Shown: one piece after another, positions 14,556-27,798 of the stretch
Position numbering within the stretch: position 1 is the first letter of the stretch
How the letters are laid out: the number at the start of each line of letters is the position of its first letter
Source of the DNA: Octopus vulgaris
Lineage: Eukaryota
DNA length: 64,000 nt
Assembly (NCBI GenBank): GCA_951406725.2
Contig: OX597840.1
Coordinates: 930,001-994,000, forward strand
Reading direction: 5' to 3'
The notes under the pieces: model-generated
Told to the model about the DNA's origin: nothing
What the model saw: the letters and a program-made list of their open reading frames with translations, nothing else
Database searches by the model: none
Program-made: the position numbers and the translations under genes

Positions 14556-14928
14556 TTGTGTGTGTGTGTATTTATGCATGTATGCCTATGTATATGTATA
14601 TATATGTATGTATGTATATATAAAACTATAAATGTATATACGTACATATGTAATTATGCTCGTACATGTAGCGTATAATGTGTGTATATAATGTGTGTAT
14701 ATATATGTGCCATATATATATATGTAAGCACACACATGCACACAAACACACACATATATACATATATGTATATATAAATATATATATATATACATACATA
14801 CATATACATATATGTATATATATATATATATATACATTTCGATACAGACACACACACACACGCATATATATATATATATATGTGTGTATATATATATGTG
14901 TGTGTGTGTGTATATGTATATAGATGTG

Positions 14929-14959
<31 letters not shown>

Positions 14960-15437
14960 ATGTGTGGGTGTGTGTGTGAATACATAAGTGGTTCTTGCGC
15001 TGCATTTTCAAAAGACTACTTAATGTTCACCTCGTAGATCTAAATTTGAATGGAGAGAGAAGGAAAGTAGAGAAAGAGATGGGAAAAGAGATGGCAACTG
15101 AAGGAGAGAGGGAGATAAAATGAGAGGATGCCTAACGGAGAGAGGAGGAAAGATAAAGAGAAATAAAGAGAGAGTGAGAGAGAAAGAGAGAGAAATTGAT
15201 GGGGAGATAAGTAATAAGTTAGAGAGGACGAAAATAGACCAAAAGACAAAAGAAAAGAGGAAAACAAAGAAAGAATTAAACGAGAAAAAACAACAACAAA
15301 ACAAGGAAAAATACCGAAAGAGAGAGAAAATGGAGGATAATGCAAAAGAGGCGAATAGTAGCGAGCGAGAGAGAACGGGCCAAGATGCATTTATATACAT
15401 GCAGATATATATATATATATATACGCACATACATACG

Positions 15438-15502
<65 letters not shown>

Positions 15503-15690
15503 ATGTATATGCATACAAATGCACAGGCATGCCCATCTATAAATATATATATGTATGTATGTATATATATATATATATATATCCATTTATCATATATCTA
15601 TCTATATATATGTATGTATCTAACTATTTTACTATCTTTATACCTTTATATATTTTTATAGATGTGCATCTGTGTGCGTTTGTATGCATG

Positions 15691-15721
<31 letters not shown>

Positions 15722-16535
15722 ATAGGCAGATCGATAAATAGATAGATAAAGAGATAAACAGATATACATGTAGATAGACATACTAATATATATAGAGATG
15801 GACAAACAGGTAGATAGATAGATAGACAGATAGATGATAGATAGATAGATATATAGATAAGAGGATATATGGATAGATAGATTGATATATATATAGATAA
15901 ATGGATAGAAAGATGGATGACTAGTTAGATAGCTAGCTAGCTAGCTAGATAGATAGATAAATATATAGTTAGATTGATGGATACATTGTTGTAAAAAGAA
16001 ATAGAGAGATATAGAAAGATATAAATAGATAGAGAGAGACAGAGTGATATACAGGAAAGGAGAAAGAAGGAGAAGTAATTTGAGTAAAGAGAAACAAAGC
16101 GTGAGATACGGAGAGACGTGGAGCTTGTAAAAGGTAGTCTCTAGGTATTTGTCTTGAGATGAAGATAATATTCTAAATTCTAAGCAATTTGCTGGCCTTA
16201 AAAATGCCATCAAATCTACGGTGAGATCAATAAAGTAGATTTAAGAAGTCGACTAAATTGGTACACTCATGAAATCCATCACCTGCAGCGACTATGATAT
16301 ATATATGTATATATGTATGTATGTATGCATATATATATATATAAATATATATACGTATATATATATATATATATGCATGCATGTATATATGTATATATAT
16401 ATATGCATATGTGTGTGTGTGTTTGCGTGTGTTTCTGTATATGTGTGCATATATATATGCACGTACATATATGGTGAGTATGCATATCCATACAAGTAGA
16501 TAGGTATATATGAAGATATACATATATACATATAT

Positions 16536-16586
<51 letters not shown>

Positions 16587-16649
16587 TGCATGTATATTAC
16601 TTTGAATTGCTTAGACATATACTAAAATTTTATGTGTGTGTGTGTATGC

Positions 16650-16691
<42 letters not shown>

Positions 16692-17670
16692 TACTCATTG
16701 AGAATACGTGATCAAGCTGGACATTGAGTGTTATCGTTCATTTAATCCTGGCCAAAGTTAGATTCAATCTTCTGCTACTCTGGTACTTCTGTAGAATCCA
16801 ATCGTTTCTTCCGTGTTTTCTCCAAGAGGTGCTATACACCGTGATACACCAGAGTACTTTTGAAACGTTTCTCTAATTAGCATCAGTAAGCATCTTGCTA
16901 TATTAGAGCAAACTTGTTAATTGAAAGGAAGATTACATTATAGGTATCAGAAATAACTAATTTCCCACAACGCTAGTGTTAGGTGTTGGGAATTAGAAAG
17001 TGTCTTTTCCAGCTTTACTCATAAATACACCACCACATTGTCTCCCTTTACACCCAACGCTACACTGTAACTTCTGAAATAATACCAACTGCCCATTGGG
17101 AGTATACTGCCTTTCAGACACTATATAGCTATCTTCATAAGAACTGAAGGTAGCCTAAAAAGACTAGACAGGTACGACTTTAAATGAGTTTAAGTAAAGA
17201 TAAACGCTTCTCATATGCTCTGACAGGTGTAAGGCCAGAGAAAACAATACCTCCATGTAATTCTCATCAACAGACAGCGGATCATCAAAACGTGTTTCGA
17301 ATAGCACTGTCTAGACGGTTAAAAAGATTTCTTCTACCTAGGGTCTCATTGTCCAGATGCATGTTTCCAAATGTCCCAGCGATCATCCAACGGGTTTGTT
17401 AAGGAGATCATAGCAGTGAATAATATCACTGTGAACTTCCCGTCTTTCGCTGTCTATAAATAATTTTGCTATTGAGAGATTCTCACAGAAAACCGCGTTA
17501 AACGAATACACATGCAAACGGATCATAAATGATAATGAGAAGAAAATGTTCTCTTAGCTATAAAGACTATTCGACCGGAATGATGGTGATCGTAAAATGC
17601 ACAAGTATTTGCTGTTCTTTGTAGTGTTGTTGCTGTCGTTGTTGTTATTGTTGATATTGATCATTTTCTT

Positions 17671-18636
17671 ATTTCTTTACTGCCCACAAGGGGCTACACA
17701 TAGAAGGGACAAACAAGGACAGACAAACGGATTAAGTCGATTACATCGACCCCAGTGCGGAACTGGTACTTATTTAATCAACCCCGAAAGGATGAAAGGC
17801 AAAGTCGACCTCGGCGGAATTTGAACTCAGAACGTAACGGCAGACGAAATACCTATTTCTTTACTACCCACAAGGGGCTACACACAGAGGGGACAAACAA
17901 GGACAGACAAATGGATTAAGTTGATTACATGGGCCCCAGTGGGTAACTGGTACTTAATTTATCGACCCCGAAAGGATGAAAGGCAAAGTCGACCTCGGCG
18001 GAATTTGAACTCAGAACGTAACGGCAGATGAAATACCTATTTCTTTACTACCCACAAGGGGCTAAACACAGAGAGGACAAACAAGGACAGACAAATAGAT
18101 TAAGTCGATTATATCGACCCCAGTGCGTAACTGGTACTTAATTTATCGACCCCGAAAGGATGAAAGGCAAAGTCGACCTCGGCGGAATTTGAACTCAGAA
18201 GGTAACGGCAGACGAAATACCTATTTCTTTACTACCCACAAGGGGCTAAACATAGAAGGGACAAACAAGGACAGACATAGGTATTAAGTGTATAAGATGG
18301 ACACCAGTGGGTAACTGGTACTTAATTTATCGACCCGAAAGGATGAAAGGCAAAGTCGACCTCGGCGGAATTTGAACTCAGAACGTAGCGGCAGACGAAA
18401 TGCCTATTTCTTTACTACCCACAAGGGGTTAAACACAGAGGGAACAAACAAGGACAGACAAACGGATTAAGTCGATTATATCAGCCCCAGTGCGTATCTG
18501 GTACTTAACTTATCGACACTGAAAGGATGAAAGGCAGGTCGACCTCGGCGGAATTTGAACTCAGAACGTAGCGGCAGACGAAATACCGTTAAGTATTTTA
18601 CCCGGTGTGCTAACGTTTCTGCCAACTCGCCGCCTT
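17671..18636 (-). mobile_element. SINE family A: head plus 5 tandem ~183-bp units
   Basis: Four internal junctions matching GAAATACCTATTTC (one reads GAAATGCCTATTTC); head at ~18587-18636; TSD ATATTGAT(C/A)ATTTTCTT at 17654-17670 and 18638-18654. Confidence 0.92.
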
Positions 18637-19121
18637 AATATTGATAATTTTCTTTATACATCGTGTTCTTGTTGTTACTGACAGCATTTCAGTTGCTGCT
18701 GCCGCTGCTGCTGCTTCTGATTATGTCGACAGTGCTGTCGCTGGTGTTCTTGTTCTTGTTCTTCTCAGCGCATTGACTGCTGCTGCTTTTGTTGTTGTTG
18801 TTGTACTGAACTTGTGCCGCATCTTATTAACTCCCTCTTCTAACCTTCCTCCTCTTACCTCTCCTCCCCTTCTTATTCCTCTCCTCGTTCTCCAACTTCA
18901 TCATCAGGACTTTCCACCGCTTCCATTTCTTCCTATCCCGTCTCGTTGCTCTCTCCGCTTCTTCATTCTCTTTCTCCCGTGGGTTGTCTACCCACCGCTT
19001 CTTCCTTTCGTTACCCTTCTCCTCCCTTCCTCCTAACCCCATATTCCTTGCACTCTTCCCTATCATTATTATCCTCCTTCTCTCCTTCTTTCTCTCCTTC
19101 ATAATCTCATATTACCTTCCA

Positions 19122-19480
19122 TCAACTACCACCACCACCACCGCCGCCACCACCACCACCACCACGCCACCACCACCACCACGACCACGACCACGACCAC
19201 GACGACCACCACCATCAACACCACCACCACTAACACCATCGCCACCGCCGCCACCACCACCATCACTACCGCCACCGCCACCACCACCACGACTACCACG
19301 ACGACGAGGACCACCACCACCATCACCATCAACACCAACACCACCAACATCACCACCACCATCACCACCACCATCACCACCACTACCGCCACGACAACGA
19401 CGACGACGACGACGACGACCACCACCACCACCACCACCACCACCTCCACCACCGCCGCCGCCGCCGTCACCGCCGGCACC
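19122..19480. repeat. GC-rich (CCA)n/(CGA)n/(CCG)n compound trinucleotide tract
   Basis: Directly visible; gives the poly-P/T/V ORFs. Confidence 0.95.
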
Positions 19481-19714
19481 CCCCTCAGGTATGCTGGAAT
19501 ACCAGCCTCATTCATCAATCCCGGGCCTCTTCTACTAATCCCATTACACTCACAATCTCAATAGTGAAAAAGAAGAAAGAAAAACGACCTCTAACACACA
19601 CCTGCTCACCCTTGAGGAGTCTCAATTAATGTCGCCCCCTAATAGAGGATATGTACTCCCTTTTTCGATCCTGGAACGATGAAAGCTAATGATGTCTTGC
19701 TTTCTTTCTTTTTT

Positions 19715-20108
19715 TTTACTTGTTTCAGTTATCTGACTGTGGCCATGCTGGAGCACTGCCTTTAGACGAGCAAATCGACCCCAGGACTTATTCTTTGTAA
19801 GCCTAGTACTTATTCTATCGGTCTCTTTTGCCGAACCGTTAAGTTACGGGGACTTAAACACACCAGCATCTGTTGTCAAGCAATGTTCGGGATACACACA
19901 CAAGCATATACACAAACACATATATATATATACATACATATATACGACGAGCTTCTTTCAGTTTCCGTCTACCAAATCCACACACAAGACTTTGGTCGGC
20001 CCGAAGCTATAGTAGAAAACACTCGCCCAAGGTGCCACGCAGTGGGACTGAACCCGGAACCATGTGGTTCGAAAGCAAGCTCCATACCGCACAGCCAATC
20101 CTACGCCT
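19715..20108 (-). mobile_element. SINE family C, full length (tRNA head, CORE-like box, internal microsatellite, LINE-derived tail)
   Basis: Reverse complement gives GGTTCCGGGTTCAGTCCCACTGCGTGGCACCTTGGGCGAGTGT, an internal (TA)/(TG) tract and the family tail. Confidence 0.9.
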
Positions 20109-20299
20109 ATGTGTTGACGTTAATTTTGAAGCAGCCGGGATGATTACTTTTCAAGTGTACCTCGACACCATGATCAATGTAGCTGTGCAGTATCAGGTAT
20201 ACACGTCAAATCATGTGAATTAAATTATACTTAGATGGGAAATGTCTAACAGTGGATCGGATAATTTGTGCTTGAAATCTAAAGCTTTGATCTTGTCAC

Positions 20300-21700
20300 G
20301 CATTGCATTATGTTAGCTCTACCTGAGGATTTCATTAAAGTTACACGCATCGACGAAATACTCATCAGGTTACAAACCAATGAAACGCATAGGTAATTCA
20401 GTTGACAGCACAAGTAAATTCTCTGAATGAAACCCCACAGAAGGAAATTTCATCGAAGCCCATCAGCCTCGGAGGTTTTGTCCATGTAAATCAAAGATCC
20501 ATCCTGATCATACACTCCTTGTTTTGCTGTTGGTTAATCTTAAGGGGTACGCTTAGCTCTGAAATAAAGAGTAACTTACGGGCTAAATAATAGTCTGGGT
20601 TTTTCAGCTGACAGAGCAACAAAATTCTCACGATAAAATTCCATAGATGGAAGCTACGTAGAAACCCATTGGAGGTTTTGTCCATGTAAATGAAAAACCT
20701 ATCCTGCTTATACATAAAACCCTGCTCATTGTGTCACAGGAGAGTCTTAAGAGATACAATAATCTCTCTGTTGTAAAGAGCAACTTATTGATTAATCTAT
20801 CGTGTCGGTTGTTCAGTTGACAGAGCAACTAAATATTCATGACGAAATGCGATAGATGGAAAATGCTTGGAAGCCAATCCGAGGTTTTTGCTGTATAAAT
20901 TCAAGATCCATCCACCTCATACACTGTATCCTGCTACTTCTACTTTAAGATTACGCTAACAGTGCTCTTGCCAGTGGAATGCACGACAACTTACTTAATA
21001 TGGGTAAACAGTTAGCTGAGGAGCTGGATTCTTATCCCGGAATTCTATAGTAGGAAATTATATCGAAATCTATCGAATGTATTAACGTTGTATTTTCTTT
21101 GCGTACATTTTCCTATGAAATTCTATAAAAAAAGTTTGGCTTTGGCCTTTATAATTCAAAGAACCATCATTGCCAATCACTGTTCCCTGCTGATCAAACT
21201 CATGTTTTGCTAAACAGCATCCATCTTTGTGGAACCACACTAATTATTCATTAATTATTCACGTAGATAATTGACAGAGCAACTAAATCTTCCCAATCCA
21301 ATTCTATAGATGAAAATGGCATCGAAGCCCATCGGAGTATTTTTCCATGTAAATCTAAAACCCAATCATTTTCATACATTGAACATTGCTAGTTCTGCCA
21401 AAGGATTATCTTAAGAGGCACACCTAGTTGTGAAATGAATAACAGCTTACATTCTAATTAGGTGTGTAGGTAATTCAGGTGGCAGAGCAGCTAAATTCTC
21501 ACCTTGAAGTTCTGAAAACAGGAACTACATGAAGGACCCCTGAAGGTTTCGTATGTATAAACCAACGACACTTACCAGTTACCTACTGTGTACTACTACT
21601 TCTGCCTTAGGTACACTTATGATGGTGTACTTATCTACGGAAAGAAAAGCAGCTTGCGAGCTATTTAAACATGAATGTAATTAATTGATCGACTATCAAA
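20300..21700 (+). repeat. Diverged tandem array, ~6-7 units of ~200-260 bp
   Basis: Recurring TTCAG(T/C)TGACAGAGCAAC.AAATTCTC...ATAGATGGAAA...GAAGCCCATCGGAGGTTTT(G)TCCATGTAAAT near 20396, 20602, 20811, 21010, 21268 and 21474. Confidence 0.85.
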
Positions 21701-21708
21701 ATGCGCAA

Positions 21709-22113
21709 TGTGAAATAACGTAATGTTAATGACTTAATATTATTTTAACAGTTTATCTGTTACCCAATAAGATTTGAAAGAAAAACTGTTGAAAACTAAT
21801 AGACATTGCAAATAATCATCAGTTTGCGAAATTGCTTATATTTCCTACAAGTGGAAATCACATTCTTCTTCAAGAGTTCAAGTTGGAATCGCATGCAAAC
21901 TAACAATTAATAACCAGAACAGTTAGTAATGTTATATAAGATGTCATGAGCCTTTTATGATTGATTTTTGTTAATGAATACTCTTTTTCCTCACAAAATC
22001 TTCAAATTTTATTTTATTTTATTGGCACAAGAAAAACGTCCGTCAATAATTTCTTTCCACTACAATGGCCTAACAACACCGGATATTGTTGCGAAAGGCA
22101 GTGAACCTGAAAG
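21709..22113 (+). mobile_element. Tc1-like transposon 5' fragment, lacking the terminal TIR bases
   Basis: Inverted copy of ~24085-24500; encodes LAQEKRPSIISFHYNGLTTPDIVAKGSEPE (HTH start). Confidence 0.85.
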
Positions 22114-22345
22114 CCGCATCCACTCCCATTGTTTTACCCCAGTTGTAAAATCAAATTAAAAAATAACCTTGTCAAGCCTTATGTTTTGCAAGTTCTGCTT
22201 CAGGGCCATCTCAAGAGTATACATGTCTGGGAAATGACGGGCTACTCACACGCTCATTAGACGTGCTAGTAGTACAGTTAACGTACACTTATCGATTTTG
22301 CCCGCTGGGATCATAAAGCCGACTGACAAGACATTTTAATTATTA

Positions 22346-22556
22346 GTTTCAAATTTTGGTGAAAAGCTAACAATTTGGGGAGGGATAAGTCGAATACATC
22401 GACTACGGAGTTCAACTGGTACTTATTTTATCGACCCTGTGAGGGATAAAAAACAAAGCCGATAGTGGTGGTATCTGAACTCAGAAGGCAAAGGCAGACG
22501 ACATGCCCGCAGGCACTTAACCCGGCGTGCTAAAGATTCTACCAGATCGATGTCTT
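22346..22556 (-). mobile_element. SINE family A, old diverged copy
   Basis: CTGGTACTTATTTTATCGACCC, TGAACTCAGAA and CCCGGCGTGCTAA are recognisable. Confidence 0.75.
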
Positions 22557-23077
22557 AAGCTCTTTATATCTTCCTTATTACTTATTGTTCTGTTGCATTC
22601 ATTAATAGTTTGAAACGATCGCAATGAAACAAGAGAACAAAATAGGCAACAAACAAATATGAAAAACAAACAATATACACACATTCAATACACACCGCCG
22701 TAAGCGAAGAAGATCAATTAACACGCTTATTGGAAGCAGGCAGCATTAAAAAAATTTAACTGAAAATTAATTACGCTGTTTAGGAGTAATGAGCATTCAT
22801 GAGAATGCTTGGTAGGTTTTTGGGCTTGGTTTTTTTAATTGTTTCACCTGTTGGACTGCGGCCTGTCAGGGGCTCCACCTTGAAGTGTAGTGACCGAATA
22901 ACAAGGATTCTTTTATTTTTTTACATTAAGGAGTCTTTAATATTTTGTTGCTATATTTTGCTGAACTAAAAGATTATGTAGGAGGTAAACACACCATTAC
23001 GGATTAACTGGCGTTTGAGAATTAGACAAACATAAACAATCTTACATACAGGCGCATGCACGTACATATTTATATAC

Positions 23078-23122
<45 letters not shown>

Positions 23123-23383
23123 TGTATACACATGCACACATATATATATGCATATATATGTGTGTTTGTTTGTGTGTGTGTGTGGCCCCAGCATTGCCAG
23201 AGCCTTAGGGCCGAATGAGATAAGATAATAATAGAATATGTATATATATATATATGCATAAATATATATATGTATGTATGTATATATGTATTACATATAT
23301 ACTTTATTAAAATGCAGCAAAAACGTCACAAAACCTGTTACTCGGAGTTTCCCGTTCCCGTTCGACGGACAGTTCTAAAAATA

Positions 23384-23423
23384 ACTGTCCGACGAACTGG
23401 AACGTGAAACTCCGAGTAACAGT
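23384..23423 (+). ncRNA. Minimal hammerhead-like motif (CCGACGA core variant), with an inverted copy at 23335-23374
   Basis: Stem I ACTGT/ACAGT; core CCGACGA 23389-23395; stem II AC(T/G)-GGAA-CGT; GAAA 23406-23409; stem III ACTC-C-GAGT; GTA triplet. Confidence 0.65.
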
Positions 23424-23429
23424 CTTTTC

Positions 23430-24547
23430 AGTAGGATTTAAATCTGGAGAATTTTTCAGTCAAGGCCCCAAAATGTCAATACCTGGATCTCCAAGATGCT
23501 TTTTAATTGTTTTAGCAGTGTGACAATGTGTTTCATCTTGTTCGAAAATGCAAGATTCTTCACCAAACCGTCTCTGAAAGATGATTTTCAAGGATATTTT
23601 GGTTGCATGTGGAATTTTATAGATGTGTTTTCGGCAAAACTGACAGTGATCGAAGACCCTTGAATGAAAAGCAACCCCGCACAAGAATGGTTTCTAGATG
23701 CTTGGACGTGGGCACGATGCAGGCCTCATCATAGCATTCACCTTGTTGCTTTCTTACGATCTTTGACCTATTGTTCACTAGACCAATTTTTATCTTTTCT
23801 GCAAAAGGCAAGCCTGTCTTTTACATTATTCAGGGATAAAAACGGTTTCTTTGCAGCATTCCGTGAAGCGAGACCATTGTCAATAAGTCGGTGTCGACTA
23901 ATCCGAACTGAAGCGCTGACACCGGTTGCTTCCCACTCTTTAGCAAGCTTTTTGCTGCCGGCACTTCGATTCCCCAATGAATTTCTCACCAAAGCTCTGT
24001 CTTGGCGGTCAGAGGACAGACCAAGGGCCTTCTTCCCCGCCACGAAGTCTATCTCTTCGAACGTTTTAATAATCCTCTACACAGTTCTTTCCGGTTCACT
24101 GCCTTTCGCAACAATATCAAGTGTTCTTATGCCATTCTGGTGGAAAGAAATTACTGACGGACGTTTTTCTTGTGCCAATAAAATAAAATAAAATTTGAAG
24201 ATTTTGTGAGGTAAACCAAACCAGCATTCCTTAATTAAAAATCAATCATAAAAGGCTCTTGACATCTTATATAACATTACTTACTGTTCTGGTTATTAAT
24301 TGTTAGCTTGCATGCGATTCCAGCTTGAACTCACGAAGAAGAATGTGATTTCTACTTGTAGGAAATATAACCAATTCCGCAAACTGATGATTATTTGCAA
24401 TGTCTATTGGTTTTCAACAGTTTTTCTTTCAAATCTTATTGGGTAACAGATAAACTGTTAAAATAATATTAAGTCATTAACAATAACATGACATTTCACA
24501 CGAAATAGCAAAAAAATCGTGTTTGCTAAAATCACTGACCATGGCTG
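23430..24547 (-). mobile_element. Tc1-family (DD34E) transposon with a pseudogenised transposase, 3'-truncated
   Basis: 5' end TA|CAGCCATGGTCAGTG; peptides SSDRQDRALVR, RLIDNGLASRNAAKKPFLS, RLAFCRKDKNWS, FEQDETHCHTAK, NSPDLNPTE; stops and deletions. Confidence 0.93.
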
Positions 24548-24641
24548 TACATACATACATACACGAATACATACACACACACATATATATATATACATAC
24601 ATACACGAATACACACACACACACATATGTGTGTGTGTATG

Positions 24642-24693
<52 letters not shown>

Positions 24694-24696
24694 AAC

Positions 24697-24735
<39 letters not shown>

Positions 24736-24741
24736 CATATA

Positions 24742-24978
24742 TATTTCTTTCTTTATTGCCCACAGGAGGCTAAACATAGAGGGGACAAACAAGGACAGAC
24801 AAACAGATTAAATCGATTATATCGACCCCAGTGATTTACTGATACTTAATTTATCGACCCCGAAAGGATGAAAGGCAAAGTCGACCTCGGCGGAATTTGA
24901 ACTCAGAACGTAACGGCAGACGAAGTACTGCTAAGCATTTCGCCCGGCGTGCTAACGATTCTGCCAGCTCGTCACCTT
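24742..24978 (-). mobile_element. SINE family A, single unit with head
   Basis: Matches the family A consensus throughout. Confidence 0.9.
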
Positions 24979-24984
24979 CATCAT

Positions 24985-25150
24985 GGAGCCAGCCTTGTCA
25001 CACTCTGTGTCACACTGAATCTCCCTCAGAAATATGTGAAGGGGTACGCGTGTCTGTGGAGTGCTCAGCCACTTAGACGTTAATCTCAAGAGAAAGCTGT
25101 TCCGTTGATCGCATCACCTTAAACCCTCATCTTCGTAAGCGACGGAGTGC
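24985..25150 (+). mobile_element. SINE family B, 3' part
   Basis: CCTTGTCACACTCTGTGTCAC...GTGTCTGTGGAGTGCTCAGCCACTT...GACGGAGTGC. Confidence 0.85.
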
Positions 25151-25168
25151 AAGTTTAATATATATATT

Positions 25169-25233
<65 letters not shown>

Positions 25234-25617
25234 ATATATTTGTGTATATATATGTGTGTGTGTTTGTGTGTGTGTGTGTGTATGTGTGTAAACGAAGGGT
25301 TTCTTTCAGAGTCCGCTTACCATATCAACTTACAAGGCTTTGGTGGGCCCGAGGCTATAGTAGCTATTGTAGAAAACACCTTTCAAAGGACTATGTGAAA
25401 GTTTGTGTATGTACTCAAGTACAATGATAATATAATTCTCTCCCTGATAGTAAACTACAGTTTCTGCAGAATTTTATTCGTTGGCACACGTGGGTGAGTG
25501 AAGAGGAATACAAGATCTCATTCGTCTGCTTCAATTCGGAAGTACTGGTCTTTGGAATATGCTATTTGGTCAAACATGTATGTTAATTAACAATGCTCTC
25601 AAATTTAAATTTGAATT

Positions 25618-25701
25618 ACTGTACTGACGAGGAGAGTGAATGAGTAGAAATATGTTTTTACATTTTTTTACATATCTCTAACTCCGAAACGCGTATGTAG
25701 T
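25618..25701 (+). ncRNA. Type I hammerhead ribozyme candidate with an intact canonical core
   Basis: Stem I ACTGTA/TGTAGT (2 G-U); CTGACGA 25624-25630; stem II GGAG/CTCC extended by TAGAAATATG/CATATCTCTA; GAAA 25686-25689; palindromic stem III ACGCGT; GTA triplet, predicted cut after 25695. Confidence 0.75.
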
Positions 25702-26107
25702 TAATCACAGCCGGGTAGATTCGTTATTTTTTTATCTTTACCTGTGTGAGTTGTTGAGTATTGTTGTCTGGGAGATATTTTATTGTTGTAGAATACTAGT
25801 TTTTAACTGCTATTTATATATCTCAGTATGTGATGAAGCAAATTTTGCCGAACCCTAATTATAATTATACTCATAATTATAAGACATTTTTACCGATAAT
25901 GGTTTACCGATAATGGTTCTTTTAATATGCCGAACTACTTGGTAAAATTATTAATTACTAATTAATTAATTTTACCCTTTATTATTATTGATATATATAT
26001 ATAAATTTGTATATATATATATGTATATATACATATATTCCTATATACATATATACATATGTACATTCAGATATCCATATGCACATGCACATACACATAT
26101 CTATATA

Positions 26108-26520
26108 GGCGGCGAGCTGGTAGAAACGTTAGCACGCCGGGCGAAATTCGTAGCCGTATTTCGTCTGTTGTTACGTTCCGAGTTCAAATTCCGCCGAGGT
26201 CGACTTTGCCTTTCATCCTTTCGGGGTCGATAAATTAAGTACCAGTTACGCACTGGGGTCAATGTAGTCGACTTAATCCCTTTGTCTGTCCTTGTTTGTC
26301 CCCTCTGTGTTTAGCCCCTTGTGGGTAGTAAAGAAATAGGTATTTCGTCTGTCGTTACGTTCTGAGTTCAAATTCCGCCGAGGTCGACTTTGCCTTTCAT
26401 CCTTTCGGGGTCGATAAATTAAGTACCAGTTACGCACTGGGGTCGATGTAGTCGACTTAATCCCTTTGTCTGTCCTTGTTTGTCCCCTCTGTGTTTAGCC
26501 CCTTGTGGGTAGTAAAGAAA
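26108..26520 (+). mobile_element. SINE family A: head plus 2 nearly identical tandem units
   Basis: Units start ~26156 and 26340; junction AAAGAAATAG|GTATTTCGTC. Confidence 0.92.
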
Positions 26521-26553
26521 TATATATACATATATGTGTGCGTGTGTGTGAGC

Positions 26554-26595
<42 letters not shown>

Positions 26596-27058
26596 ATGTA
26601 TGCGTGTGCACACATGTAAATGTGTGTCTATATGTATATATGTGTATATAAATGCATAAGTATGTATATATATATGTATATATATATATATATATGTATA
26701 TGTATATGTGTGTGTGTGTGCGCGTGTGTGCTTGTCTGTGTGGCGGATGTGTTTGTGTGAATATCATGATAAATTTCAGTGTATTCATAGGCTATCCTCT
26801 TGCGGGTTTTATTCAAAAGAGAATGGCATTGGATAGGAATGGCAGACATACGTCTCTCTGACCGATTCTCCTGACATGCCATATTTGCCTTTAGTGACAG
26901 CAGAATATGTCGACGGTGGGGAGAGCAAAAAGGGATAACTTGTTTTTTGTATGTGTATTGGAAATATCTGCTCAGCGTGTATACGCCTCCATATTTGTAT
27001 AAATTAATACATGTGTGAGTATGTATAAATATGTGTGTGTATACATATATGTGTCTGC

Positions 27059-27101
<43 letters not shown>

Positions 27102-27157
27102 TGTTTGTATATATGTATACGTATATATATATATATGTATATGTTGATATATATGTG

Positions 27158-27210
<53 letters not shown>

Positions 27211-27510
27211 GCCTAAATGGTCCCTTTACATACTGAATACTTGGTGAAATTGATTAATAATTAATTAATTTTACCCTCAATTGTTGAAATTATAATTCAT
27301 CTCTCTCTGTTAAATGCTGCGGTTTTCACCGTTAATACATGGTGTTTGTCAATTTTAACCCACGCTGGTGGAAAGGGGAGAGCAGAAATTCTTCGCTTGC
27401 ATATTCGAATTTGGTAGCACTTTTAGTTCGAGCAGAATTCTAGAAGTGATAAGAAGCAGAAAGGGTATGCTCCCAACTTTCAGTGTTCCCAAATCCGATT
27501 CAAGGAATTC

Positions 27511-27562
27511 TGAGCTGACGAAAGAAATGTCGAATTGACTAATCTAGAAACGTACGTTCTCA
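27511..27562 (+). ncRNA. Type I hammerhead-like motif
   Basis: Stem I TGAG/CTCA; CTGACGA 27515-27521; stem II AGA/TCT plus GTC/GAC with A.A at its base; GAAA 27547-27550; palindromic stem III ACGTACGT; GTT triplet. Confidence 0.65.
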
Positions 27563-27740
27563 AATAACCTTTGCACTTGATTTTTTAATGTTTTTTCCCC
27601 CATACCTTTGTGAGTTGGTTTAGGCAAACACTATCTGAGAGAGATCTTCTTTAAGTATTAGAAATAGCTGAAGAAATTTCTTTAGCTGCTATTTCTAATG
27701 AGTTCAGTATGTGGCAAAGTAATTTATTTTACTAAGCCCT

Positions 27741-27798
<58 letters not shown>

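Noticed and set aside
15020-15390. Lys/Glu/Arg-rich ORF and hydrophobic antisense ORF
   Set aside because: Purine-rich (GA) low-complexity sequence.
16690-17560. Complex, non-SSR stretch that could be an exon or old LINE
   Set aside because: No long ORF or recognisable motif in any frame; left unassigned pending blastx.
17671-18636. Regular repeats suggestive of a CRISPR array
   Set aside because: No unique spacers; whole ~183-bp SINE units repeat; eukaryotic context and no cas genes.
18984-19538. Proline-rich 184-aa ORF (extensin/formin-like)
   Set aside because: Translation of a (CCA)n tract open in several frames; no domain or splice support.
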